Positions 1 through 10,800 of a DNA stretch of 64,000 nt are shown here, piece by piece. How positions within the stretch are numbered: position 1 is the first letter of the stretch; each line of letters begins with the position of its first letter. The notes under the pieces were generated by a model, which was not told where the DNA came from, did not search any database, and saw only the letters and a program-made list of their open reading frames with translations. The position numbers were made by a program, and so were the translations under genes. The stretch covers positions 864,001-928,000 of the forward strand of contig CAVVLO010000002.1 in assembly GCA_963749155.1 (NCBI GenBank), given 5' to 3'. This stretch comes from an uncultured Armatimonadia bacterium (GTDB lineage: Bacteria; Armatimonadota; Zipacnadia; CAVVLO01).

Positions 1-691
1 GCGCGCCAATAAGCAAGCGGAGCGAGAGTGGAGAATCAAGTTGATCCTCAAGCTGGAGGCTTACTGTCAGCGAATCGCCCTCAGGTGCAAGCGCGGCCTC
101 AAAATGCTTAACTTTGGCCAGCATCGCCTCGCCATAAAAAGCACAGGGCAGTTCTCCCCAGGGGGCGACTGGCGGTTTCCCAATCAGTTCGACAGGGCCA
201 AAGGCGCCGGGAGCAGCCTCTGGCAGATTCCAGCCTGGCGTAACTTCAGAGGCGCCCTGCCAGGTTTCATCGGTATTCACAACCAGGAAAGTGCCGTCCT
301 CCATTACAAATTCGAACTGGCCGAGGAAACCACCCGGAGGCGCGGCGTTGCGGGCCTCTGCCGCCAGACAATTCCGCCCCTGCTTCAGGTATGAGGTTAT
401 CTCGACCGACCGCGTCGTGAACCACCAGAAGCCCGAGTTCAGCACTTCCTGGCCATTTATATAGACGCTGAAGCCATCATCGCCCGACCCTTGATACCAG
501 GCGCGTTTTACAGGCTGTGGCAGGTCGACATAGGTGCGAAACCAGGCGTTGTGAGCGCCTGCATCCAGCCCAGCGGGCCATAGCCAGGCGGCTTCCCACT
601 CGCCAGGGGGCCAGGTCGGCTGGTCCGCGGCCAAGGCCAGTGTCAGACCGCAAACAATCAGCACCACCGTAACCAAGTGGATGAAAGTCAT
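1..691 (-). CDS. Secreted protein with a rhamnosidase-N/galactose-binding-like jelly-roll domain (3' end runs off the window)
   Basis: Not in the ORF track. Hand translation from ATG at 691 (ATGA overlap with the upstream stop): MTFIHLVTVVLIVCGLTLALAADQPTW...AWLW...AWFRTYVDL...SGDDGFSVYINGQEV...EITSYLKQGRNCLA...NTDETW. Signal peptide plus motifs typical of glycoside hydrolase accessory domains. Confidence 0.65.
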   Translation of the reverse strand, partial: MTFIHLVTVVLIVCGLTLALAADQPTWPPGEWEAAWLWPAGLDAGAHNAWFRTYVDLPQPVKRAWYQGSGDDGFSVYINGQEVLNSGFWWFTTRSVEITSYLKQGRNCLAAEARNAAPPGGFLGQFEFVMEDGTFLVVNTDETWQGASEVTPGWNLPEAAPGAFGPVELIGKPPVAPWGELPCAFYGEAMLAKVKHFEAALAPEGDSLTVSLQLEDQLDSPLSLRLLIGA

Positions 692-1710
692 TTGCCGCCT
701 CCGAAGACGCGCTTAATGCCTTCGAGCTTCATATACCCATCGCCCACAGTGGGCGCGACGAACCCGCCCTCGCCGAACTCGTTCCACGCATAGATAGTGA
801 AAGCCGGCTGGAGCGCGCCGTCCGGCAGCGGGAAACCCAAGTTGGACAGGCTGGCGAGCGCGGTTTTCATTTCTGACAGCGCCCCCTCCCATTGCTGGGC
901 GCTTGGCAGGCTGAAACACGCTCTCGGGTCGCCCCAGGGGCGCGGATTCCACCCCGCTGGCAGGTAGGGCACATAAGGCAGACTGGCGCTTGCGCTGTAG
1001 CCCTCCCAGGCCTGGCGGGCCAGCTCCAGGACGGGCTCCCAGGGATAGTCATCGGGCTTCTGCGGCAGGTCAGGCACGTCCATATAAGTGCACCAGAAGT
1101 CCACAATCGGCTCCGGATCGGCAGGGAAGTCGCGCGCCATCACCCCTGCGCCGATTAGCAACTCGCCCAGGCCCGCGTCCCGCGCGCGTTGCCGCAGCAG
1201 GTCGAGGTCGGCCTTCGCCGCGCCTTTGTCCATCCCGTGATGGGTCAGGAAGAGGTGGTAGCCGTGCACTTTGAGCACAGGCTTGCCGCCGATACGCAGA
1301 TAGCTGGGATGCTTCATTGCCTCCAGAAACACCTGGCAGGCAAGCTCCCACTCTTCGGCTGTCTCGACGCCGAAGGGGGGATGGTTGCAGAACTCGACGT
1401 AGAAGCGCGCGCGGCTCGCGAACGGGCTGGTCAGCATATATTTGAGCCCATCGTTGAGATGCAGCGCGCCGCCCTCGGTCATCACCTCGGGCTTGGGGTA
1501 GTACCAAAGCACAGGGAAGAAATCCACGCCATAGTCGCCCGCCGCCTGGAGTTCGGCGTCCACGGTGGCCTGGTCGTTGTACATCCCGAGGATTGGGATG
1601 CGTTCAGGATATTCAAGTCGCCAGTCGCGCCCGCGTGTATTCCACTTGTTGGGCAGCTCGCGCCACCAACCGGCGAAATAATCGACTCCTACCAGAGGCC
1701 TGTTTGCCAT
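688..1710 (-). CDS. Glycoside hydrolase family 99-like / WbsX-type TIM-barrel protein
   Basis: PILGMY, YGVDFF, HPSYLRIGGKPV, GWNPRPW and C-terminal IYAWNEFGEGGFVAP motifs. GGAGG RBS before ATG 1710. Confidence 0.7.
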   Translation of the reverse strand: MANRPLVGVDYFAGWWRELPNKWNTRGRDWRLEYPERIPILGMYNDQATVDAELQAAGDYGVDFFPVLWYYPKPEVMTEGGALHLNDGLKYMLTSPFASRARFYVEFCNHPPFGVETAEEWELACQVFLEAMKHPSYLRIGGKPVLKVHGYHLFLTHHGMDKGAAKADLDLLRQRARDAGLGELLIGAGVMARDFPADPEPIVDFWCTYMDVPDLPQKPDDYPWEPVLELARQAWEGYSASASLPYVPYLPAGWNPRPWGDPRACFSLPSAQQWEGALSEMKTALASLSNLGFPLPDGALQPAFTIYAWNEFGEGGFVAPTVGDGYMKLEGIKRVFGGGK

Positions 1711-1783
1711 TTTGCTTCCTCCCACCGATGTCCTGGGAAGAAGTTGCGCATCGAGGGGCGGACTCCTGCCGTCCAGAGGCCAG

Positions 1784-2275
1784 CTAGAGCAAGTCTCCGC
1801 TTATCCAGGTGTCGAAAAGGTCGGGGAGGAAGCCTGTCGCAAAGCCAAGACCGAGCAGAAACACCATCGCTATCAGCAGGACGACGGCGATGATAGTGAT
1901 TATATTGGCTGCAGGATAGCGGGTGACAGGCCCGCTTGTGGTCGGCGCCTCCTCCCAGGGGCTACTCCGCTGCGGGCGTGGCGGGCGCGGAGGCTCTGGC
2001 ACAGCCCCCTGCAGTTTCACCTGCCCCAGGCCATCCAGCCACATATAGAGCTGATCGCGGGGATTTACATAAGCCTGGTGGGCCATCCAGTTTCCAATTG
2101 GGGGACCTGATGAAGCCCTGGGACGAAGCAAGAGCGCCCAGTTTTCGCCCCGGTTCAATAAGGAATAGCCCAATCCAACATGATAGGACACCGCCTGGTT
2201 GAAATAGGCCAGATACTCGGCTGGTATGCCCCCCTCTGGGGGAGGAGGAGGCTGGATTAGCTGCGGGTTGCCCAT
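1784..2275 (-). CDS. Small single-TM membrane protein, array paralog 4
   Basis: GGAGG RBS. Shared motif FNQAVSYHVGLGYSLLNRGENWALL...MWLDGLGQVKLQG; Pro-rich linker; C-terminal TM helix. Confidence 0.7.
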   Translation of the reverse strand: MGNPQLIQPPPPPEGGIPAEYLAYFNQAVSYHVGLGYSLLNRGENWALLLRPRASSGPPIGNWMAHQAYVNPRDQLYMWLDGLGQVKLQGAVPEPPRPPRPQRSSPWEEAPTTSGPVTRYPAANIITIIAVVLLIAMVFLLGLGFATGFLPDLFDTWISGDLL

Positions 2276-2290
2276 CGCAAGAATTCCTCC

Positions 2291-2774
2291 TTAACTCGGT
2301 CGGTGGCTTGTGGGCCTTAAGGCAGTCCGAGGACCTTCAGGTGCCAGCCACCATATGACAGCGCCGACGTATGAGACTGTGAGCACAACCAGTAGACCCC
2401 AGACTACCGTCATCTCGGTCCGCTCTCTGGATGTCAGTTCCGCCCAACGGCGCCGTGGCCAGGGCACCGGGGCCTTCGGCACTGAACGACGCGTAGGTTG
2501 TCCTTCATCGAGCTTGACGGTGCCCTCCGCATCCAGCCAGATGAGCATCCTTCCTATAACGCTCGGGAATAGGAAACCTGGGATGACTAAGAAGGGGATG
2601 GCCAGAAACCAGCCTGAGGAACCTTTCCACCTGAGTTGCGCCCAGTCAGACCCGCGACTCTCGATGCAGATAACCTTGAGCCCGGTAATGCGCGATAGCG
2701 GCCTCGAGGGCCTCGTAGCTGCGAGTTGTGGGACGGCCACACTGAGAACAACGAGCTTCTGCGTTTTGGTCCAT
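2291..2774 (-). CDS. Small membrane protein with CxxC, array paralog 3 (+1 frameshift near 2670)
   Basis: GGAGG-ATG 2774 gives MDQNAEARCSQCGRP...LEAAIAHYRAQGY, which continues in the shifted frame as CIESRGSDWAQLRW...IWLDAEGTVKLDEG...TM. Span is 3n+1. Confidence 0.6.
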
Positions 2775-2792
2775 CGCGCGCCTCCTTCGAGA

Positions 2793-3290
2793 TTATCCGC
2801 CTTGAAACAGTTGCTCGAACCAGCCTTCGAGACTTGCCCGCTGGAAGAGCAGCCAGATAGCCCCAATTAATAGCAGGATGAGGATTACCAGGTTGGCTGT
2901 GATAACTGGAGGATCTCTGGGCAGTAACAACCGCTGATTCTCAGCAGCCTCGGGAGCCTGGGCAGCGGCCTCAACTGGTTCAGAATTTGCTGGAGGTACG
3001 GCAGGGGTGCGAGTGGGCGGCTTCAGATCGCCTTCGAGATAGACCTTGCCCGCATCATCTATCGCAACCAGCCCGTGGGGGCGTCGAAAGCGAAAAAGTC
3101 CAAAGCTTTCCGCATCATCGCGCGTTAACACGGCCCAGGTTGTGCCTCGCCGAGAGAGCTGCCAACCGAGGTCTTTGTAATGCCAAAGCGCCTCTTCGAG
3201 CTGTTTTGTCGGCTCATCGGCGCCTGACCGACTGCCCATCAGCGTCTGACCGCACTCGGGACAATGCGCATAATCGCCTTCGTAACTCAT
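2793..3290 (-). CDS. Small membrane protein with CPECG, array paralog 2
   Basis: GAGGAGG RBS, ATG 3290. MSYEGDYAHCPECG...LEEALWHYKDLGWQLSRRGTTWAVL...VAIDDAGKVYLEG...TM. Confidence 0.7.
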   Translation of the reverse strand: MSYEGDYAHCPECGQTLMGSRSGADEPTKQLEEALWHYKDLGWQLSRRGTTWAVLTRDDAESFGLFRFRRPHGLVAIDDAGKVYLEGDLKPPTRTPAVPPANSEPVEAAAQAPEAAENQRLLLPRDPPVITANLVILILLLIGAIWLLFQRASLEGWFEQLFQGG

Positions 3291-3291
3291 T

Positions 3292-3471
3292 CTAGTCCTC
3301 CTCTGACCGGGAGCTCGGGGGAGGCGGGTTCGGCGGCAAGCCTGGCTCCAGATCCAGCTCTTCGAGGGTGTCGAACTCCTCCCCGCACCAGGCGCAGTAA
3401 GTGGCGTCGGAAGGGTTCTCCTCCCCACAGAAGGGACAGAGCCTGGTCTGGTTGTCAGAGGAATCGCTCAC
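3292..3471 (-). CDS. 59-aa double zinc-ribbon protein (below the ORF-track cut-off)
   Basis: GGAG RBS, GTG 3471: MSDSSDNQTRLCPFCGEENPSDATYCAWCGEEFDTLEELDLEPGLPPNPPPPSSRSEED*. Fills the intergenic gap. Confidence 0.7.
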   Translation of the reverse strand: MSDSSDNQTRLCPFCGEENPSDATYCAWCGEEFDTLEELDLEPGLPPNPPPPSSRSEED

Positions 3472-3483
3472 TGACGTCTCCAG

Positions 3484-3768
3484 CTAAGGGCCGATCGGCG
3501 GCGGCACAGTGCCAGCAGGGGAGCTATAGATAAGCTGCCAGGCGACATAAAGCAACACCGGTGAGGCAAGCAAGGCAAGCAAAAGCAGGATGCCACAGGT
3601 TATAAGCCACCAGGGCACCTTCGAGCTGCGCGCCGGCTGCGGCCCATATTGCTCCACCATATACTGGCCGCACCGATTGCAGTAAGCAGAACCTGGGGGA
3701 TTAACATTCCCGCACCTTGGACAGCTTGCAGATCCTGACTGGGTCGGTGGGTCGGTTGGGTTGGTCAT
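3484..3768 (-). CDS. Zinc-ribbon (CPRCG-x-YCNRCG) membrane protein
   Basis: ATG 3768; double CxxC followed by one TM helix. Confidence 0.75.
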   Translation of the reverse strand: MTNPTDPPTQSGSASCPRCGNVNPPGSAYCNRCGQYMVEQYGPQPARSSKVPWWLITCGILLLLALLASPVLLYVAWQLIYSSPAGTVPPPIGP

Positions 3769-3788
3769 TTGAAACCCCCTGCAGCAGG

Positions 3789-4254
3789 CTACCTGGTAAT
3801 CAAGATCATTACAATTATAATTAACAAGGCCAGCAGTGGTCCTGCCAGTAATAAGGTCCAAAGGAATTTGGTAGTCTTGCTGGGCCCACTCCGCTTGGCC
3901 CACACAAGGCCCTGATCATCGGTGTAAAGTGAGATGGTCTGCTCTTCCTGAGTGCGATGGATGAGCCAGGCCATCTGGCTGTCGAAGAGCCACCATCCCA
4001 GTCCTGTATTGCCGTATTTGCGCAGGTGTGCCCAATCATCACCTTGGGCGACCAAGCCATAATTTTCTGAGAGAAATCTTTGGATTGCAGTATCCAGGCT
4101 TGTGCCAGCGAGTTCATCGGAGGGATCATGCTCAGGCTTATAGTCTTTGGCCATCGGGGCGCCGCCACAATACGGACAAGCCAGCTCGCCGAGCCGGCAA
4201 TGGGCGCTGGCACTCGCTGCAGACAAGTTCTGGTTTGGCCTGGGGCGTCTCCAA
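3789..4254 (-). CDS. Double zinc-ribbon membrane protein, array paralog 1 (+1 frameshift near 4195)
   Basis: GGAGGT RBS, TTG 4254: METPQAKPELVCSECQRPL joins RLGELACPYCGG...LDTAIQRFLSENYGLVAQGDDWAHLRK...LYTDDQGLVW...TM after removing one base. Confidence 0.6.
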
Positions 4255-4356
4255 AAGGCAACCTCCAGCGCACCAAGACTTACCTAGTGGCGCACTTATG
4301 AAGCCAACCGAAAGAGGAGCGTATTTTACTTTTCGCAGGCGAGAGTTTATCTCCTG

Positions 4357-6196
4357 CTACGGCGGGAAGGGAATCGCAGGTCTTTCCACTGCCCAGACCT
4401 TGCCCGTCTCATCGTAAGCGGCGTAATCGGGCAGCCGCAGCACGTTGCGAGGCTCGGGCAGGGGAGCCTGCATCACAGCGGGCAGGCTGTAGCCGACGTA
4501 ATAAGGCAGCAGGTCATCACAGGTCCAGGTGGTGTAGGGGATGAACCCGAGATCGCACATATAACGTGGGCCGGATTGTTCGATTAGCTGCTTTGCACGT
4601 GGATCGCCCTCGCGTCCCCACTCTCCAATCAGCATCGCCGCCGCCGTACAGTCATATCCATTGAAGGGATGGGCCTCTCCGCGCCAGAAAAAGGCCTCAT
4701 AAGGCGCCGACTTCGGGCAGTGCGAACTGACCCAGAGCTTCAAGATGGCGCGTTCTGAAGGCCTCCTCCCCCGTTATCTGCCAGGCGTAGCGCAGCGCCT
4801 TCACGGCCCTTAGCGCGGTGTCCGACCAGGGCGGGGTAAGCCAGCCAGGGGGAGTGCGCTCCAGCTCGCGCTGGCCCCACTCGCGCGCCAGCCTGACATA
4901 GTCGAAAGCCTCTGGGGCGATGCGTCGCAGATAATGGGCAGCTATCAGCAAGGCGTAAGAACGCTCTCCCCGGTAGCCACGTTCATAACTCGAGACCGCC
5001 GCGCCGAAAGCTTCGAGTGCCGCCTGTCGGATTTCTTCAGCATCGGGATGGCGATACTCGGCAAGCAGCCAGGCCGCGCCTGCAAGGCCTTCCACCGCTC
5101 CGTAGAAGCCGTTGCTTGTGCGCACTGGGAAGTATGGCGCCAGGCCAAAATGACCCGAGCGCGCCACACTCTCCGCCGCCTCGAAAACATATTCACAGTC
5201 GGCAGGATCAAGCTCGAGGAAGGGCGCCACGCTCACCTGGGCCTGGCTTGTGTCCCATTCCAGCACCAGCTTGGTGACCTGCTTGCCATCGCCTTCAAGA
5301 CGCAAGAGGGCTGGCTCGGGCTTGTAGGTCACCAGCAACATCGCGTTTTGAGAATCCCAGACACGCGGGTCTTCCCAGCCGGTCTTGTCTGAAGTGGCAA
5401 GTTTGGTCTCATGCTCCAGCAGCAACCAGCCGCCGGTGGTAGGAAGGGCTGTTTCCCCTTGGGGCACCGGCTGGCGGTCGCGCCCTCGGTGGAAGAAGTG
5501 ATAAGTCCCGGTTGGCTTAACTTCGAGCCGCAGCCTGGCGCCTTCGCCCGCTTCGCTCGCCGAGAACTCGAAGGTGGGAGGCTGGTCGTAGACGCTGCTC
5601 ACACTGCGAGCTGTAGCCTGACCGGCCGCGGTCTGGAAAGTGTAGCGCGTCTCCGCCTCATCTACTTCGGGCTGGCGTTCGACCGCGGGGAAGTTGAAAG
5701 GCAACCAGTCTGGGCCCTGCCTGGCAGCCGCCGTGAGCTGGGCAAAGGGACTGGAGTAATCCTGCAGCCAGAAGGCGCCAAGCGCCTCCCCGGTTGGTTT
5801 CAGGTAGAGCGACTGGCGACCATCCAGCACGAAGAAGTAGCGGCCGGAGCTTTTCGGGATGCGCGCTTTCAGCAGGCCGCGAGCCAGAGTGGCCACCGCC
5901 TCGACACGCGCGACAGGGCCAAATTCGGCTTCTTCCGCGAAGGAGACGATAACTCGCCCCTGGTCGTCGATGAAGTAGAGCCCCCCTCGCCCATCGGCCG
6001 CGCCAAAACGCTCCTGAGCGAAGGCGACAGCGTCCCAGCGAGGGCTGATGAGGGCCTGGAGATAATTGGCGGCCATCCAGTTGGCCTTCACCAGATCATA
6101 AGGCCCCTGATCGCGCGTGACACCAATTTGGTCGGCATCAACCAGGACGACTGGCGCCAGAAGGAGGGCTAGCAAGCAAAGCCAAAGCCAGCGCAT
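4357..6196 (-). CDS. Secreted ~612-aa protein with probable C-terminal (alpha/alpha)-barrel, six-hairpin glycosidase-like (+1 frameshift near 4710)
   Basis: Signal peptide; helical repeats such as RAVKALRYAWQITGEEAF. ORFs 4697..6196 and 4357..4743 join as LPE/SAPYEAFFWRG. Confidence 0.45.
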
Positions 6197-6213
6197 ATGA
6201 GCCTCCAGCAGGA

Positions 6214-6645
6214 TTAGAGATCCCTCAGAGCCTCGGCGCGCAGGTCGGCATAGGTCTCGGGGGGCGGGCCAGAGCGGCGGAATACCCGCGTCTTCACGTT
6301 GCCGCGTCGGCTATAGTCCAGACAGACTTCGAGCCACTGGGGCTTGAGCAGGTTGGAGAGAGTCTCGAAGACTAGCGCGCAAAGCTCTTCGTGATAGTGG
6401 TGGGCGTCGCGGAAGCTGTTGAGCCACAATTTGAGGCTCTTAAGCTCGACGATAAAGTCGCCCGGCTGATAGGTGATCAACACCTGTGCAAAGTCAGGAT
6501 AACCTGTCCGCGGACACAGGCAGGTGAACTCGGGCATTGTAATAGTGACCCAGGTGCCTGGGACGCCCGGAGGCGAAGGTACCGGTTCGAGGGTTGCGCT
6601 TGCAATTTCCTGCTGCCCCTTCAGCGGGGGCTGGGATTCGTCCAT
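6214..6645 (-). CDS. queF: NADPH-dependent preQ0 reductase, unimodular (type I) QueF
   Basis: EFTCLCPRTGYPDFA (catalytic Cys/Asp), QueF motif VELKSLKLW, HEE. Confidence 0.9.
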   Translation of the reverse strand: MDESQPPLKGQQEIASATLEPVPSPPGVPGTWVTITMPEFTCLCPRTGYPDFAQVLITYQPGDFIVELKSLKLWLNSFRDAHHYHEELCALVFETLSNLLKPQWLEVCLDYSRRGNVKTRVFRRSGPPPETYADLRAEALRDL

Positions 6646-6652
6646 TTCAACC

Positions 6653-7777
6653 TCAGAGACTTTGCGCGTGCGGCAGGATAATGGCTTTCACAGGCACTTC
6701 ATCGCGCGTTACCTGCAAGGCCTTGTTGACCTCGTGTAGCAGATAACGGTGAGTGACAATATCTTCGAAGGGGAACCGGCCCGAGGCGACCAAATCCACC
6801 GCCTGACGCAGGTGACTGGTGTCGCTGACCCAGACGCCCTGGATACGCGCATTTTTCTGGGCGACATCCTGGAAAAAGTTGATCGGCGTCTGGCCGACAT
6901 CGGTAGCGATACCTGGACAGGCGTAGACTCCGCCTCTGCCAATATAACGGAGGCCTTCATAGATAGCCTGTTTGGCGCCTGTCGTGTCGATAACCACATC
7001 CGCGCCGCGCCCATCGGAGACATCCATCACATAATCGTACCGTTCTTTGGCGCTGGTATTGGCGATCGTGAGCATCTCGGTGACGCCGAACTTGCGGGCA
7101 ACCTCCAGCTTCTGAGGGTGACGGCCTGTCGAGGTCATCACAACGTGAGAAGCCCCAGCAAGCGCAGCAAAAGCCGCGCAGTAGATGCCTACCGAACCTG
7201 GCCCTTCAACGACTACCACATCGCCTTCGCTCACGCCGACAAGTTGCATCGTGTGGGCCGCTGTGGCGCCCGAGCAACAGGCGGACACCATTGGCTCAAG
7301 CGGGGCGCCCTGGGGAAGTTTTACAATTCGGGTGCCCTTCATCAGGTAGATATATTGGGCATAACCGCCGCGCAGATAAGGCGACTCGCCGCAGCCAATG
7401 CTTATCCCATACACCTGGCGGTGGATACAGAGCGAAGGCTCTTTCTTGCGCGCGCAGTAATAACACTGACCACAGGTGATGCCCCGGTCACAGGCGACGA
7501 TATCGCCTGCCTGAAGGAAGGCGCCATCCACATCGGCCACTGGCCCACCCGCGGCAACGACTTCGCCTATGAACTCGTGGCCGAGGATAATAGGCAGAGG
7601 GACGCGGGCGTCCTTGCCTTTGGCTATCTCAACGTCCGAGCCACAGACCCCGGCGACCAAAATCTTGAGCAGCACCTCGCCCTGGTCAGGTTCGACCAGC
7701 TTGACATCGTGGAGCTCGAGATTGCGTGTAAAGGCGGTAAGCACCGCCGCTTTGCCATATGTGGCCTCAGCTACCAT
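6653..7777 (-). CDS. Zinc-dependent alcohol dehydrogenase (MDR family)
   Basis: GVCGSD, GHEFIG, structural Zn CGQCYYC...C, Rossmann GPGSVG. Confidence 0.9.
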   Translation of the reverse strand: MVAEATYGKAAVLTAFTRNLELHDVKLVEPDQGEVLLKILVAGVCGSDVEIAKGKDARVPLPIILGHEFIGEVVAAGGPVADVDGAFLQAGDIVACDRGITCGQCYYCARKKEPSLCIHRQVYGISIGCGESPYLRGGYAQYIYLMKGTRIVKLPQGAPLEPMVSACCSGATAAHTMQLVGVSEGDVVVVEGPGSVGIYCAAFAALAGASHVVMTSTGRHPQKLEVARKFGVTEMLTIANTSAKERYDYVMDVSDGRGADVVIDTTGAKQAIYEGLRYIGRGGVYACPGIATDVGQTPINFFQDVAQKNARIQGVWVSDTSHLRQAVDLVASGRFPFEDIVTHRYLLHEVNKALQVTRDEVPVKAIILPHAQSL

Positions 7778-7801
7778 TCTCTCCACTCCATCGAGGACAT
7801 C

Positions 7802-10800
7802 CTAGAGCGCCGCGTAACCGAAATCGGCAGGACTCTTATGATAGCCTATTCCGCCCCCCCATTCCAGCCAGCCTTCCCGGCCACCGCCATCATTCTCATT
7901 TACGATGAAGCTAAGGCCAAACTGCGCGCCGGATCGAAGCTCCAGCCAGTCGGCGACCGCAAGCACTCCCTCATAGACGGTAGAGGCCCCCTCGCGCGTG
8001 ATAGAGAGGCGGCTTGCCTCGACCAGCTTTGCGGCTTCCATCCCGCGAGGGGTCTGCCATATATACAGCAAGGGCCTGTCACCCTGGAGCGCGAAGCCAA
8101 CTTCCAGGTAGTTGTCCTCTTTTGCGGCGTAAGGCAGAGCGCGACTGAGTGCGAGCTGTATGGAATCGCCTCTCCAGAGTTCCGCTGCACTTGGACCTTC
8201 CGCCTGGACATCATCTTTTACTACAAACCGGAAGTGCAGCCCCTCATCGGCCCAGGCGAAACCAGCCTGTGCGGACAGATCGTCTGCGCTGCCAGCGGTT
8301 TGGCTAGTCAGCGAGGTGAAGTTGGCGGGGCCAAGTACAAGAGAGCAGTCAGGCTGGGCTGTAGCAAGTTTTGACACGGCGAGGCTCGCGAAGCGGACCG
8401 GCGCGGTCATTGTGCCTCGGCCGAACAGTGTAAGCTCCAGTTCTGCCTGAGCCTGGCCAGTTTGGGCAAAATCAGCCGGCATCGGTATGGTAACCAGTTT
8501 GCTTTCCTGACTGTGGAACTCGAGGGGGTAGGGCCCCTTGACTGTGCCGTCGGCAAAGCGCGCGGTCAGCAAGCCTTTGAGTTTCGGCTCTCTGGGGGTG
8601 AGCAATATGGCAAAAGCCGATGTGGTACCCGGAGAAGGTCGCAGTTCCAGGCTTATTGGTACCTGCACTGAGACCTGGCCACTGCTGCGTAGTCCACGAT
8701 TGACCTGGTCATAAAGCGTCGCCTTGACCTGATACTGCCCTGGTTCAAGGCTCTCCGGAAGCAGGCTGGAGCGAGATATCACTTTACGCTCCACAAGTTC
8801 GACCGGGAGGGCAGCGGCAGGAGACTCTTCCCACTCAGCATCGAAGGCAAGTGCCCCCCTCAACGTATGACGAACGGGATTCTCGAGCCGCGCCTGCAGC
8901 TGCACCTCCTGGCCGGGGGCTGCGATCTCTGGGACAACCTTAACTGTGAACCAGTCATCTCTGACTGAGGCTTCGATGTGGCGGCTTATGCTGCTGACGA
9001 AGATGGGAGAGGGGCCAATTGTCAAGTTTGCCGTGCCGCTGACCCCTCGAATTGGAAGCAGGTTGCCAAACAGATCCCACGCCCTGAAGGCGTTACTACC
9101 AAGCTTGAGCGCGATAGAGGCCTCCCCCTCGCCATCGCGCCAACAAACGAAGGTCGTCTGGTCGCCGGTCTTGAACTCGAGTACGTAGTTGCCATCGTCA
9201 GTTGTCTCCAGCCGCCGGACGAATCGCGGCGCCCCCCCGAGACGTTCTGTCATCGTTTTATAGGAGAGGAAGGCCGGCTTGGGCTCGAAAGGACGACGCA
9301 AGATGCCGAAGTTGTGCTCGTTATACTCGGGATCGAAGCCATCGTTGCGATAGTTGTACCAGAAGATTTTAGACGTAGTGCCGGAGGCAAGCGACAGCAG
9401 GTAGGTGCGCACTATCATCTGCGCCTGTTTCAGCTCGGTGCTGCCGTTGCCGCCCAGGTTGGTTGGCCAGCCGATCTCGGTGCTCCACATTGGCTCATCG
9501 GGGCAGCCCCATTCCAGCAGGCGCGCCTGCGCGTTTTGAAGCTGGCCCACGAGGTCGGTTTGCTCGGGAGTAGGTGGATACCGGTACGGGTGCACGGAAA
9601 CGAAATCGAAGTCTCCGATGGCGCCTTCATCGATGATAGTCTTGATGAACTCCAGATCAACCCCTGCGGTAGAGAACGCCATCACGCGCGCTTCGGGGTC
9701 CGCCTCCTTTATGGCCTTGTAGGCCAGTTCGAGCACGCGGGCGTAGAAATTCCTCGGGCCCTTCCAGAAAGGCTGGATGTTGGGCTCGTTCCAGACCTCC
9801 CAGTACTTGATGCGGTCCTTGTAGCGCGAGACCACCTGGCGACAATATTCGGCAAAGGCCTTGGCGCCAGTCTCCGTATAGGGTGGGGCGATAGCGTCAT
9901 TCCAGTAGTCAAGCAAGCCGAAGAGCTGGATGCCGTGCGAATAGGCAGCTTCGACATCCGGGTCGAACCTGGACCAGTCCCAGACATCAGGGGCGCGCTG
10001 GATAGAGCTCCAGGAGAACTCCTCCCTTGACCACTTTATGCCTGCCTGCTGGGCAAGTTTTGCCGCAGTGTCCAGTTCGTCGAAGCCATACCGGCTGAAG
10101 TAGATACCCATCCCCCAGGGAGCGTCATCCACAAAAGTCGTCTCTTCGGGCTTCGAGGTTACAGCGATGCTGGCGGTGCCTTCTTTCGCCCAGCCCTCTC
10201 CCTTGACCAGGAACTTGCAGTACCAGACTCCATATCTGGGCGCCTTGAAGGTCGCCCTGATTTCTTTGGTGCTGCCAGCAGGCAGCGAGAGCTTGCCACT
10301 GCCCGATCGGGCAGCCACTCCGGCCGCATCGGTAAGGTTCCATTCGACTTCAACCGGCAGCGAGGCGGCAGTGGACAGGTTGGTAAGGCCAAGGCGGAAA
10401 ACCAGAAGCTCGTCCAGATCGAAAACAAGAGGCCATTTTAGCTTCTGTACTACGTCCAGGCGCACCAGTTCTGAGGGATCTGCCTCTGTTGTGATGCGCA
10501 AATCGGCGAAGTAGATGGTCGCGTTGCTGTCAGGGGCGTTACGGTCGATGATAAGCTCGCCCAGACTAAGCGGATAATGGACCTGCCCATCGTCCGGACC
10601 GCCAAAGTGGTGCCAGGAAGGCAGGTCAGCAAGACTCGTCTCGAGCCGCTGCCAGCCCTTCACAGCAGCAAGGTCCAGCAAGGTCTTCTGGAAGCACTGG
10701 CCTGAAGAGTCGCGCAGCCTCAGTACGATGGTATGAGGCGTGCCCCCGGTGTGGATCCAGAAGCTGACCTTCTCTGGCTGCCCTGGCCAGGAGGCGCCTC

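Noticed and set aside
6214..6645. queF as part of a 7-deazaguanine DNA-modification (dpd) or QatABCD-like defence system, or under a preQ1 riboswitch
   Set aside because: No dpdA/tgt-like, queC-like or helicase genes nearby, and only a few bases separate it from the upstream gene.
6749..8374. 541-aa plus-strand ORF, and similar long antisense ORFs (45678..47078, 31330..32604, 35489..36688, 8978..10030)
   Set aside because: They mirror well-supported minus-strand genes, show no recognisable motifs, and are expected in GC-rich coding DNA.
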